A stretch of 64,000 nucleotides of DNA. Origin: Balanoglossus misakiensis. Its lineage: Eukaryota; Animalia; Hemichordata. The DNA lies in contig CM082589.2 in assembly GCA_040954595.2 (NCBI GenBank), forward strand, positions 5,098,213 through 5,162,212. The letters run 5' to 3'. Both the position numbers and the translations under genes were made by a program. Shown here in pieces: positions 29,101 through 42,417 of the stretch (positions are counted from its first letter, which is position 1; every line of letters starts with the position of its first letter). The notes below the pieces were generated by a model, which was given only the letters and a program-made list of their open reading frames with translations, ran no database searches and was not told the DNA's origin.

Positions 29101-32100
29101 CAACAGTGCAATATTCCCAGCGAGGCACACCAATCACCCCCTGGTTCATAATCCGCTTCGACGACAGCGACGAGTAGGCCTACTGCTTCAAGGGTTACAC
29201 GCAAGTTTTAATATTTAACGACAACGTCGTCATTTGTTGGAGATAGAGATTAAATTGAAACCGCTTACACGACTTGAATCTATTCACGTCGGTTTTCATA
29301 CAAAAATAGTAAAAGAAAAGTCCCTATGATTTATATACAGTGACATAACAAAGTATTAGGGTATATATATTAGCCACATAAAAACAACGAAAAGATATCC
29401 GATGGCTAAAACGAAACCAACTCCATCAAATGTTGGAAGACAGAATAATAATAAAATAATTTGATGTTGTCAAATTAATTTTGCTATGACAGACAGAATA
29501 AGAGACTGTGACCTATGGAGCATATGGAGCATTTCTTTGTGAAAGTCAGTCATTTGATTGATACTTGTTTGTTATTTTTTTCAGGACGTAAAGAATGAAG
29601 CCGTCTTAACCCACGTTGCCCTTCAAGAGGTATGTATATTTTTTAAGGAAATAGCCTCATGCCCTTTCTGGGGAAAATTTAAACAAATCGAATTCATAAG
29701 TTGAAGATTGGTGGTTGGGTGCCCCAAATAGGAAATCTCATCAGAGTTAATCCTAAAAAAAGCATATTGAACCTGGAATTTTCTTGTATATGAAATGTGA
29801 TTTGTAATAATTTCAGTGTCCTTCGACACAGTAAGATTCCTTTCTGGTATACATGTACATCTGATATGAAAAAAAAGATAAACGAATCAAATTTTCTGTA
29901 TTAGGATTGTATGATAAGACAGTCCCTGTACGCTTGATGTAATGTGAAACTTAATTGAACCATAAATGAGTAATGTACAATCTCAGATGAGACAAATCTG
30001 TCGTTTCCAAGAAAGACGACGAATTTAGGGTGTGGCGCGGGGATAATGTTGATCTGCTCGAGGCACGAAAACAAGCAGCAACGTTTTTCGTTCACCATGG
30101 AAGCCTCTTCAGCGCTACAAAGACATCTCGAAAATAACAGGAAGGCAGTTGCTAGCAAATTATCAGTCTATTATCATTTCTAAATCTTTGTCGGCTATTA
30201 CACCCCACATATAAATAGGCGTAAAATCCTTCATGTCGCGTAATGTAACTGATCGCATAAAAGCAATTTCACCAACAAGGTCATAATATTACGTTGTTCC
30301 ATGAATGCTTTGCAGATTTTAAGAAAAAAGGTTCGCTGAAAGCATCAAAAACATCCACTCGATGTTGCTAAGAGGTGGAATATATCTCAGCTCCTTAGAT
30401 TAAAGTGCGTTCTGTGTTTCTTCGGCTTTCCACAACATTAAACAAAGTCGCGATTGCATCTTGCCTGAAAACCACCATGCAAATCACACATGTTGTTTGA
30501 GATGTGCGTCAATACTGTCACTACAACCGGAATATTTGTTTAGCAAGTCGTGGTTAAGAATACATAGTATTAGAAACTCGGCTCGTAAAATCTTAGGTTT
30601 TATATTCTACATACATGTATACTGCTAAACAATATTAGCCCAAAGGTGAACCGCCGATCATCAGTGTTCAAAAGTACACTATCTTGTCATTTATTTATGT
30701 ATTGTATTATTGCAACATTCGTTCAGGTAGGCGTAACTTCTCCTTGTCCGGATTTTATCGAGATCACCGGTCATGTTACAGTGTCGCGACCGCAATATAT
30801 CTAGTTCAAGGACTGTCATATTAAGTGAAGTATTAAGGAATAATTGTCTCTGCAATCGATATCACTCTGTTTTCAAATTAACAGTTGACATGAGGCAATC
30901 TCTGTCATGATAGAGTGCGAGTTCAAAAACCAAGTCATTCACGGAAAGTTGATTAAACAAATTAGACGGAGGCGATGAAATGAACTGGCCCACACTTTCG
31001 ATTCTTTGGAAGTTCGTTGAATACAAACCATTAAAAAGACAGGTGTGGTACAATCTAGAGTCATAAAATTCCCATCTACTATAACTTCTCTCTTAAGCTT
31101 TTTTCCCCAAACACGTTTTCTGTCGTATAGTGTTACCGAGTGACAGCGAGGCGTCGAGCTAATTTCCAGCCAGGTGTGCGTAATGCATACAGATGGTCGG
31201 CGTTCTTTCCTCAGATTTTGGGGACAGCCGCGCGAAAGAGATTGGGTCACGCTTGGTTGGCGCGCTTGTGATTCCGATTCAAGACGTCAATCTAATCGAG
31301 ACGAGACGAGATCACACGTACAGTTGACAGATATACTTGTGCTGCCTGTACTCAGGGACGTTGACAGAACGGTGTAACCTTTTGGAAGAACTTCGATGAT
31401 CTTCGCTTTCATCGCGGTGACGACAAAAAAGCAATCAATCTGTTAGGAAAAGGTGTGAATATGAAGACATAGAGACCTTTATTCTACATCAGTCAATGAA
31501 GTATAATGTTGGAGGCGATAGACCAGAGTGTTTGTGAAGGAGAATGACATTGTGATTACGTATGCTGGCCTAATGTCTATATATAATACTTTTTGAGGAG
31601 AATAAAATCCAATTGACCGCCTGCAGATTGAAGAAGCTGAAAGGTCCCTTGCCCTAATCAATATTACGTCTCTGCCTGTCTATCTGTCTGTACCTCGACC
31701 GTCTCCTTGGAGTGGGTTATAGTTAAATTTCCAGATATTTCGCTAAGAATCGCATGTATGTTTTTTTGCTTGTCCTCAACAGTCATGGTCTGATTACCGC
31801 CTTCGTTGGAATCCGGACGAGTTCAATGGTACAACGTATCTACGAGTGCCTGAAACTATACTTTGGTTGCCGGACATATACAACTTCAATGGGTATGTAT
31901 CCCCCATAGGAAAAAATATCTGCAACTATTTCGAACATGACCGTGTCAGCGGTCATACATAATTATGTTTTTCTGGTCGTCCATGCAGTGACTTTGATAT
32001 TGATTTGAACACTTTGGTTTCTTTGTAGTCTATACATATGTTTCTGCTAAGTGAGTGATGGACAGGATTCGCAGATCTAATCTCGTCCGTGTTGTGCAAA

Positions 32101-35075
32101 TGAACAGAAATATACAGATAACATAATTATATATATGTATATGTACATGTACCAGATATTGTGACGTCTGTGTATTCATATTTGATGCATATTTGCTGGG
32201 GTGGGTGTAATCGACCATGCTACACAACGCCCTTACAGTCATGTGGCCACGACTCGCACGAACGATCATAACTATACAGCGTCTATGCCACAGCTGAGGG
32301 TTCCCGCCATGTAGACGGCTTAGCTGAGCTAGCACGCGTACACAATCGGCATCTGACTGTTCCAACAAAACTCCCACCCTCACCACGATTAACGTCGACA
32401 CGAATCAAGGTCAGACAGAAAGTCAATCGATTCGGAGACATCTGCGTCGATCAAGATCAAAAGCTCAGGCTGTCGAGCGTGCTTATACAAAGTCAAAAAC
32501 ACATGATATCCGGACTGAGGATCAGGGTTTCTGACCACTCTTTAGGCGGAGAGCAACGCGGGAAGACAGATAGCAGGTGTTCCCTTCTCTTGGTAATCAG
32601 ATCGTCACTTATGCTTTTTCTGACATTCTAAATGCCAGGTGTGACGTGGTTAGTCAGAGAACCAAATGGGGCTAATCATGACTGACTTCTTCTCACATTT
32701 CCGACGTCGTGAGAAGAGAAATGCAAACGCAGCGAGGTATACTATAATTGAGAAATGTCTCGCAGGATGTACGTACCAGAAACTCCTCTGACGTAAAAAA
32801 GTACTTCGCGTGTGCCTCATTCTGACAGGGGATGTTTGAAATCCGTTTCTTTTGAATATTCATCGGTTTCTATTGTTCTTACAACATCTGTTGTTCTTAA
32901 TACAAATGTTCAGGTGGTTCCATCTGAAGCAAGGAGCGCTCATGTGATTTTCTTTCCCATTACTTTCATGCAGCGTAAACGAAGACGTGACAAGATATGT
33001 GGGCAATGCCTTGCTGAAGTATGATGGCGTGGTGTACATCGAGGAGGCTCGCATTTTGAAAACAATGTGTCGTATGGATATGACGTACTTTCCCTATGAT
33101 TTTCATCGCTGCCATATAAAATTTGGGTCCTGGTCGTACACTGAGGACCTTCTGACACTGGAGTTAGGGGGCCCTGTCAACTTCCACGACTTCATGGAGA
33201 ATGGCGAGTGGGAGCTGTTGAATATCTCGTCCAGCGTCAGTCCTCACTTGGTTGAGAACTACGACGGCAGCACGTTCACGGATGTGATTTTCACCGTCAC
33301 CTTCCACCGGAAGTCGTCCTTCTTCACCGTGAATTTCGTCACGCCCTCGGTGATCGTGTCGGTGCTGGCGCTGCTCTCCTTCTGTCTGCCGCCCAACAAC
33401 GGCGAGAAGGTGAACCTGTGCGTCACCATCGTGCTTGGGCTGATCGTCTTCACCCTGGTGCTGGTCAACGTCATCCCGCAGACGGCTCACTCCATCACGG
33501 GGCACTACCTCCTGTTCAGCGTGGTGGTGACGTCGCTGGCGGCCATTGCCAGCACCTTCACCGTCAACGTCTGCTACATGGGCCGCCTGATGACGGACAC
33601 CGCCGCCACGCGCCCGGTGCCCAGGTGGGCCCGGGTAATATTCATAAACGGCCTCGCCAAATGTCTGTGCATGGAGCGAACGCCGAGCGCCAGCGTACAC
33701 AATTTCAAGCAAGCGAAGAAAGACCTTGGCAATGGGGAAGAGATGACGAAACTTTCGGGCGGAACAGTTGGAAATTCTACAACTAGAAAAACAAACAGTG
33801 TCATCAGGAAAGTCAGTCACAATACAGAGGTAATACTACAATCATTTGTATTTTCAAAAAATTATTCACGTGCGGACTTTATCGACAACAGCAGCTATCA
33901 TGCGGTGCGTGAAATCCAGCGAACCTCATCAAACCCAAGAGATTTTATTGGATTACTCGTTAAGTCAGGTATCTCGCTTAATGAACAACAAGCGTCATCT
34001 GCGTACCGTAAGGTGTTGTCCAATGCGTGTTCTCAATTGCCGGGTATATCTCAAAGTAACATTAATGGGGTATAGGCGTGTTTCAAGATTTGCGTATGCT
34101 GGTCGTTTTACGTGTTTGCCATCAAATTCTCATTATATGCGCAAATAAACACGTTCGGCGCTCTTGGCTGTTTTGTTGCCTGGTAACGTCATAAAATATG
34201 CAACGCGACCAAATGAGATATCCTCGAAAAGCCAAAACATTTTTGATGTGAAGAACGTGTTATTGCTTTAAGGGTTTTACTGCAATAACGAATATTGTTG
34301 ATAAACGTCCTCGTTGCCTATAGCTGATAATGCAATTGCAACATCGTTGTTTGTAATAGGTCGTGTTCTCCTACTTCCCTGGCGGTTGGTCACATAAGAC
34401 TTAATTTCCGAGCGACTTAATATGTAGTCAGAATACCCAACAGAAATTTAAAAAAAGCCAACTTCACCGCTACTTCACCTGCAGAATACTAAAAGGGTAT
34501 AGTAATGAGGATAAATGTATCAGCAACAGCCTGAGCAAAAATTGATCGTCTCTGTTGTTTGTGACTGTTCTCTCTCCTTGGTGAGTTTGTCTCTATGGCA
34601 GCCAAAGAAGACTCGTAGCGTCATTCTTAAATTACAAATTTCTTGTCACATCGTCACCTAATCCCCAAAACCTGGTCAACAGTCCCAGCCTTATCAATTA
34701 TTCATCCAGGCAGACGACAATCTCGTGCATGCGCAGTATGTGGAAGCCAGAACTTTTCAATTGAAACTTGATATATGAAAACCTTTGGCGCAAGACATTT
34801 CCTGATTGTTTTTGACGTGTTTTCTGCATTAAATCGTGGTAACGTTTATAGTTTGCTTAGATTATTATAATTCTGTCTTTGGGGAAAACTACAATCTTGC
34901 TCTCTGTTTCTTACAGAAACGCGTCACATTTGACGAGGAGTGGTACTTCCTGGCCAGCGTTCTGGATCGCCTATTCCTGGTTCTATTCTGCCTGGCGTAC
35001 ATTGCCGGTATCAGCGCATTCCTGAGTAGGCGCCCGCCGTATCCTGCAGGAGGAATGGCTGAAGAACACCACTGA
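23117..35075 (+). CDS. Nicotinic acetylcholine receptor-like Cys-loop subunit, non-alpha type, predicted cation-selective; about 461 aa, 6 exons
   Basis: Exons 23117-23186 (signal peptide), 28166-28311, 29585-29629 (45 nt), 31783-31892 (110 nt), 32974-33829 and 34917-35075 total 1386 nt in frame. Motifs: WSDYRLRWNPDEF, WLPDI, Cys-loop CRMDMTYFPYDFHRC, KFGSWSY, FMENGEWEL, M1-M2 linker GEK, M4 EEWYFLASVLDRLFL. The 45-nt and 110-nt exons plus a large exon 5 match the established layout of vertebrate neuronal nAChR genes. No vicinal CC in loop C. Confidence 0.9.
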
Positions 35076-35097
35076 ATGAAGACTAAGGTTGTACTTA

Positions 35098-35254
35098 GGG
35101 AGTGTTCAGAAAATATTTTCTGGGTGTTTTTTTTTTTTTTTTTTTCTCGGTGATTTTTTTCCATGCCCCCCCCAAAAAAAAGTTTGACAAAAATTGATGC
35201 CATGTATCTAGAATTTATACACCGCTCCCCTGCAAGTATTATCTGAACACTCCC
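35098..35254. mobile_element. PIF/Harbinger (Tourist-like) MITE in the nAChR 3' UTR
   Basis: TIRs GGGAGTGTTCAGAAAATA ... TATTATCTGAACACTCCC (17/18 match), flanked by TTA on both sides (35095-35097 and 35255-35257), the 3-bp TSD typical of this superfamily. Confidence 0.75.
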
Positions 35255-36022
35255 TTAATGACCTAGCCTCTGCAGGCGTTACGAGGGAATGTCATGATGA
35301 AGGTCAAATTGCGAAAAACATGTACAAACAGTCAACGGCCTTAGGTGATGCCTTTGGTTGCGGTAATGCCCGGGTCATTTATATGTGTCATCGTCATAGA
35401 TCAGCTTGTTTCAGGTGTATTTGTACTGTGTGAGCTGCCCTCTACGGTCTACACGGGGTACTCTGTTTTAAGACTAGCCCACTTGTCGCGTGGCGTTTAT
35501 TCTTGTGATTCATGCTCAATAAATAATTCACTTGCTCATCGTCCGGGAATCACTTTAGCGATCGCTACTTTTCTAATTGGTCTACAATATCACCGCACCG
35601 GTTTATGTGACAACGCTGATTTTTATTTAATGTTTGGCAAATCAGCCTCTATTTTTACAGTTTAATATTAGGAACGGTTGTACTTAACATTCAAGTAAAT
35701 TTCATGTATTTTGTGAAGTTATCACTTAATCTTTCTATAGATCAGCACTTCATGATGTTAGTACTGTACTGTAATCATATCGAAAAAAAATGTCTTGTCG
35801 TTGAGGGCACACTGCAATGACGTATTCCTTATTACAAAATGATTGTCCCTTGATGTGTGGTTTTATGAACATGATATACGAACGGAATTTTCGATGATGT
35901 CAGTATATTTTTCAACTGTATTTGTTCACAAACTATCAATTTATGAAAATTTGATTGTTTTGTTTTTGTAGCATTGCAAGAACAATGTCATAATCAGTAC
36001 AATAATCCACCACTCTCCTTTT

Positions 36023-38344
36023 CTATTCTTTCGTCTTGTGAATGAAACATATGAGAAATATACCGCCGATGATGCCTGTCGGTACGCCCAGCCAACCACA
36101 TATGAGCGAGTATCCAAATGAGTAATCCATTTCCGTATCTTCATACTCGTAGCTAGTCCCAACAGTGTACAAAATTAGGCCTCCAACAGCTACCACAACT
36201 GTAGAAAAAGGATATAATTTGTTATAGACGCATGTCTTTAGATATACTTATTGCCTGCAAACGGAACTGTTTATTGAGAAACAAAAGTGAAATAAAATGT
36301 CGACTGTGCATCGCATACTCCCTTCATGCAAGTGATTTGCACACAAGGTTGCGGGAGAACAACGAAAAGAACATATGTTACGTTAGCTAGACGTGGCAAG
36401 ACATACATGTAGTTATTTAACCAGAATTAATATTGTAAATTGCAAAACGACTTATTAGTGTTTGTTAAAGGGACATAGTCGCTCTTTTTGACCTATTTTG
36501 TGATATCAAGAAAACACGGAATACTTTAAAACTATCTCAGTACACTCAATAACCACGATTCATCACTTCCGAAACATTATGAAGGGATACAGTCCGCTCG
36601 GGACTGATTTTAGATTCTGTGCATCTTTTCTGCGCATAACATATCGTTCAGACGCGTCCCGCATCTATCGCTTCGCATCGGCACGCCGACTTAACGTCTC
36701 TTCAGTTAGACGATAGTTTATTGCAAGTGCATAGTATAACACACATCAGAATTGCAACCAAACATTATCTGAGTTCGAAGTAGGCCTACAGCTGCAGTTC
36801 TCTGGAGATGGAGACCTTAACTACATGAGTGCAACGACCCTGGACGCAACCCTAAATACATTCAACTCTGTATGTATCACCACATATTTCATGGAATGTT
36901 CAATCTAGTCTGTCAACATAGTGGCTGACTACTACTCAAGCATGTTTCAAGAAATCAAACAACACAAACAAACTTGTCAAACATCAGGTCAAAAGAGAGC
37001 TACTTTTATTTAATATTAACGGAATAATGCTCACCTGCCACGATGAATACGATACCAGTCACTACTGTCCCGAAAATCTGCGCACATTCCAGACACTCTG
37101 CTTCTGTCAATTGTCTCACCACAGCTATAAGTGCTATCAACCAGGTGATTGCGGATGTGATACAACTTATTATCATGAGCAACCGGGTGCCTTTAACAAA
37201 GTCTAGATAAAACAAAACAAAAGAGAATAAGGAATAAAAATTTGCAACCACACTACAAATTTGATAATCTAAATTTGAAGGTTTAATTAATGATAAAGAA
37301 ACACTATCCAATTCAATATCATATAAGAAAGTATCTCAAATTTTCAGCGTTCAGCGATACAATGAAAACGGTTCACTCTACTTGTAACCCCATTAACTCT
37401 AGACTACCTTTAGCCCCATCCCGACAGATAACGTTGATGGATGTGCTGATTCTTCTTTTTCTTTCTCTTTCGCTCTATACTAAATGTTTGCGAATTTCAG
37501 AGTGTCACCTAAAGGGCTGACATGGCAATGCTGGTTTTAATTGAGTGCGAGATCAAAATATGTCCAGGTGAATGTTGAAATTTTGTGTTGGGTGAATAGA
37601 ATAACAAAATCAAAGCCCCAGCTTGTCTTGTGTTCATTTTATGTTCCCGATGAACTTACAAGCACGTGCTGTATCGGTGAATGGAGTCTAAGTACAGGAG
37701 TATAGTCAGTGGCTTGAAGTCAGTCAGACTGACCATTCTTAACACCAGCGTCCCTTTTAATTTATTTTTAGATGGGGTACAAGCTTTGCCAGTGGGGCAG
37801 GGTTCATTTGCCGGGCATCCGTTGAGCGAGAAGGATAAACAGAAACCTCTTCGGAGTTCAATTGAAATCTAATGCTGGAACCAATTATAGCGCCTCTAGT
37901 TTACGGTGTACATTTTATTGTCACAAAACGTAACCAATCAACTCCATGATTAGTTGTAAAGTTGTGAGAAACACACGCAAATGTAGTCACAGTGTGCTAC
38001 TAAACAACTAGTGCCTAAATTAACCAGATATTTCTAGTCGCCCGTTTCCGCCCATGCTTCGCACTGTAGTAAGACGTGTCATGCGTCAAAGTCATAGGTA
38101 CCGACATCCATGGCCAATATAACTTTCAATAACACTTACCCGTCAACTGTTCCCCAGTTAAGCTGTCGCACCAACTGGTTTCCTTTCCATCCACGCAGTA
38201 CTGCCATAGCCCATAATGTATGTACTTTTCCCGGTCATCAATAATTACCCAGTAATTAGTGATGGTGCATATCAGGTAACATGCTATGGCAACAGCTGAA
38301 ACGAAGACACTGACAGCGGATGCAATTTTTGCCTTTTTTGACAT
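36023..38344 (-). CDS. Claudin/PMP22/EMP/LIM2-family tetraspan membrane protein; about 182 aa, 3 coding exons
   Basis: Minus-strand exons 38344-38140, 37202-37035 and 36198-36023 total 549 nt in frame. Signature W...GLWQYC...C in ECL1 (TNYWVII..HYGLWQYCVDGKETSWC), four hydrophobic segments, and YSFGYSLICGW at TM4. Stop TAG at 36025-36023. Confidence 0.85.
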
Positions 38345-40713
38345 GTTTCTGTCTAGTCCAAACGCAACCTTACAATGTAAAACGAAGGAACCACTCTACG
38401 ATTCGTCGATCGCTTGTGAAGACAGTTGCTGCAGTTCGCGTGTGATGTCGACGCTGAAGAGTGCCTTTATCTCCTCTTTGCACACGTGCCTACAACTGGG
38501 GGTACGAGAGTTTTACTCGGGTGGCGCAATCGATCATTTAATTGCCAATAGATGTTCCATTCATTCGATTCGTCCGCCTTATCCACCCACCCATCCGATC
38601 ACCCAATCAAATGATCGGTTGATTATTCATTCGTTCCCTCACCCGTCCGCATGTCACTGTATTCGTTCGTTCGTTTGTGTATGCGCGTTCCTTCTTTCGT
38701 TCCGCTGCATTTCAAAATTGCCAACTTGTAGTGTTAGTTGTTAGCCTAAAATTACCAGTGTAAAGTAAAGCAAGCAAACACCGGTTATTTTATTTTTTCA
38801 TGTTAATGATTAATAATAATTCATTAACTGAAGTCCACCATCACGTTTCACTGCAGCTGGGCGCCATTGGTGTCCTCTCCAGCTAATTTACATAAAGCAG
38901 AGTTGTGACAGATAGCTTATACCACGTATTCACAGTATGAATATTCATCGCTTCAAGGAACCAGGGCGACGGCACTGACATCATTTGATTCCCAGAAATT
39001 ATACTATTTCTACGAAGCTACGTTCTGTTTGATTCCGGCAATCGTTTGACCATTAAGCTTATCTGGTGATTAATGTTCAACTATGCAACTGATGATATCG
39101 CGCTGTTGTCTGTCTCATTCAGATCGAAGCGTTTGTATGTGCGCGACCTGCTCTATCACCTTGTTGTGTATCTGCGCGGATTATACATGTATATGCTCCA
39201 CTGGTCAGGTGAAATTCGACGGTCAGACACGATAACCGTCACATCGGCATACATGTTGTGTCGGCCTATAGTCTTACACGTTGATATCGCGTGGTGTGAA
39301 ATGAGCAAGTTACACAGGACTCTCTTTCTCTCTCAGGATTACGTTAACATTTGTTGTAATTGGAATTAATGCACATTCTAAATCACATGGGTAGATAAAC
39401 AAGCTTACATGTACATCATGCATTTGCCATGAAACCCCCACAGAAATTTCTGACATGCATGTGTCTTCTCTTCTTGGTCATCAAAATTGAGAATAACTGT
39501 GTTAAATAAATATATTAATAGCTATATGCTTTCCCACAAACATGATAATATATTGTTTGCAACATATTGAAGAGTGCGTTTTATTATCATGATTATCATC
39601 AAAGATATTTGTGTCTTACTTCGGGATAAAATAAGGCCTACGGCCGCAAGGCAGGTCGGTCATTTGACAGTTATGCTGTTTTCTAGTTCTGATGTCGCCC
39701 TCAGCGATTTAGTTGGTTTCGAATTGGGAATAACAAACTCTGCGTCGATGGCTGGCACGGGAAACAACCGCCGAATTTGTGTTTTGCATTTGAAGGCTGA
39801 ATATAAGTACATATGAACCAATGGGGAACAGAGTGCATCACGGGAAGGCTAAAATTCATCACTAGTATGTAGAGTCTGTTTTTTTTCTTTATGAGAAATT
39901 ATGATCTCCTCTGACATCACGAATTCGGTTAAGTCTTCCACATTCACTTTGTGGTGGTCGGTTCGTATAATCACGTATGATACATTTCGCTCGGACATAT
40001 AAAGAGGGTAAACATTATCCCAAAGGGGTAACGTTTGCTAAGAAGCAGAGAAGTATGAAAACCTCAGCTGACACAACCTGTGTGATGTACGTCTCGGGTA
40101 ATGGCTTCACCACTTAAATAAATATGGTGGAAAGAATCTAATATATTCGATTTACCTGCCGGGCTTTTCAGTGATATTGATGTGTCGTGTTTAATCACCT
40201 GTCAAATTTTGTAATGAATTTCTTATTACGACAATATGACTCTTTTTTTCGTATCACCAGTAATGGCTGTTCTCCTTTACTGAACGCCGATATATACACA
40301 TAGGGAAGCGGTTGTCACGGAAACCGCGCGGACTAATTGACTTCATGTCACATTTGATGGCGCTTGTCGCCAATTATCTATGGTGAGGCCATTGTGCTAC
40401 AGTCCAAGCACCCCGATGCAAATAAAAGTAAAATTGACGCTTTCTTCGTCAGTAAAAGCAACAAAGCCACCGTTCAATTTACTTGTCAAAACTGCCTTAT
40501 TCATTTATGCAATGTTCACGACCCCTAATAGTCAGAATTGAGATCCTTAACCTTTAACACAAAGTCAGAATTCACTATTAACCTTTTATATAAAAAAAAT
40601 GTAGGTCATGATGGTTACAAAATCCGCCAAGGTCATATTTTTGATGGAAAGTAATAGTGTTTCTGAAGGTCAAGAGTGTACTATGATCACAACTCGATTT
40701 TTTGAACTTCCCC

Positions 40714-41347
40714 TGTTACGTAGGAGAAGTTTTTCTATTGTTTTCGTGGCCAGGTGCACCTATGTTTATTTCTTTATTTAACATATTAGCGTGACCAGGT
40801 GTTAGTTTTTGGTCATATAAAAACCATCCAGTGCCACGTTGTCGGGTTGCTCATTTTGATTCTGGTCTGGTAGCTGTGCCGTCGCCTTGGAGGAGTTTTG
40901 GGAACCCACCATACGGAGTTTGCCTGTTGACTGTGGTAGCTGAAGATTGAAACTGCCGAAGGGACTTGGTGAAGCCGTGGTGGATGTTTTCGAGGACGCC
41001 GGGTGGAATTTGGGAGCCGTCCTGAGGGAGTGCGTCTCCGTGTGACTGTGGAACTGTATTTGAGGTAATACGTGGCTGTCTTTTGTACGCTGGCGTTAAA
41101 CGGACAGAAAAGCCAGAATTGTTGTGCGTCGAGTGAAAGGCCAGTATCGTCGTGCGTCGAGTCACCGAACTGTTTGAGACTTTGAACTTGTTAGGAATTT
41201 TTGTTTGGTCACCTGGTCACGCTCGAGTTTAGCTTGAAGTTGATGATAAAAAAAGTTCCATGCTATTACCAGAAAAATCAGAAAACATGACAATATCGAA
41301 ATTGTGTTATTCATATAATTGCCAAACCTGTCCCTGTATGTGTAACA
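40714..41347 (+). mobile_element. Putative solo LTR of an LTR retrotransposon
   Basis: 634-bp segment bounded by inverted TGTTAC...GTAACA, with TATAAAA at about 40817, a GC-richer core than the flanks and an A-rich polyA-like signal near 41246. No matching TSD was found. Confidence 0.4.
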
Positions 41348-42331
41348 CGATTGAATCTTTTTTGCCATAATTCCATTATGATTCTAATATTTGTGTTATC
41401 CCTGGGGGTAATCAGCCCCCCCCCCCCTCCCCCCAACGGTACAGCTGCGTTACCGCAGCTAACGCACGCAGTGCATGCATGCATGAATGATACTGCGAAA
41501 TCTCATGTAACATCACTTAAAGAGCTAATGACATGTGCTTAGAGTATGATGACAGTGTTAATTAAAATACCACAATCTAAGTGCATTGAGTGAACATGAA
41601 TGATACTACATGTATTAAGAAAGCCCTCATCCTATGACACGCGTACTTTGAATGGAAAGAGCTATATAACCATGACTTGGCAAAAATGATGACAAGTAAT
41701 CGGAAGCTGCGATTGTCGTGACGTACGTATTCAGTTCCGCCGGCCGCGATACTACAAAGAAATGCATGAATCGAGCAGAATTATGCATTGAATGAGAAAG
41801 GCTGACGTCATGATTAATTCTCGGGATAATTCACATTTCTAAGCGCATTGATTTTTGAACGGAGTCTGGAAAGATAAAAAGTTAAGATTGTTCATCGATA
41901 AATAGCTCTGAAGATTTACTTCTATGAAATACTTTGCAATGTAAGCCCAATCGATACTTCGCTTTCATGACAGAGTCAACTCAAAATGGACACATTTGGA
42001 TTTCATAACTTCACTTGAATTACTAAATACTCATACGGGAATGACAGAAATCTGTATTTTCTGAAAAGATTAACATGATCGGAGATTTCTCAAGGAGAGA
42101 TTCTTTTTCCAGACAGAGACAATATGCATGCATGCTCAAGGTAGACTGTTTACCGTGTGAGGGTATTTGCTACCCAGAGGTAGTGTTTGTCACATTCCAG
42201 CCTTGTGTATGAAATGCTGAGAAAACGCTGTTCTAATACCTGTATTGTCATTTTCTTGAAATTTTCTTGAAAGTGCAAAAATCTAAGCTTTAGAACGTTC
42301 TTGAACCACTTATTTTTTTCAAAACTCCTAA

Positions 42332-42417
42332 AAAATGGGAAAATGACAATATTTTACATTTTAGTAGTCCGTATAAAATGGGAAAATGACAATATTTTAC
42401 CTTTTAGTAGTCCGTAT
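42332..42417. repeat. 43-bp tandem duplication (2 copies, 1 mismatch)
   Basis: AAAATGGGAAAATGACAATATTTTAC(A/C)TTTTAGTAGTCCGTAT at 42332-42374 and 42375-42417. Confidence 0.9.

Noticed and set aside
31210-31232. REST/NRSE-like site (TCAG...GGACAG) in a nAChR intron
   Set aside because: The left half-site lacks CACC and the spacing is non-canonical.
33164-33820. 218-aa antisense ORF and other overlapping ORFs in nAChR exon 5
   Set aside because: Expected by-product of high GC3 on the coding strand; no recognisable motifs.
33830-34075. Continuation of ORF 32987..34075 beyond the nAChR donor
   Set aside because: There is a good donor GAG|GTAATA at 33829/33830, and M4 is encoded by the in-phase exon at 34917. 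The read-through is intronic.
40851-41368. Two minus-strand ORFs (104 and 68 aa)
   Set aside because: No recognisable domain or splice structure; they fall within the putative LTR.
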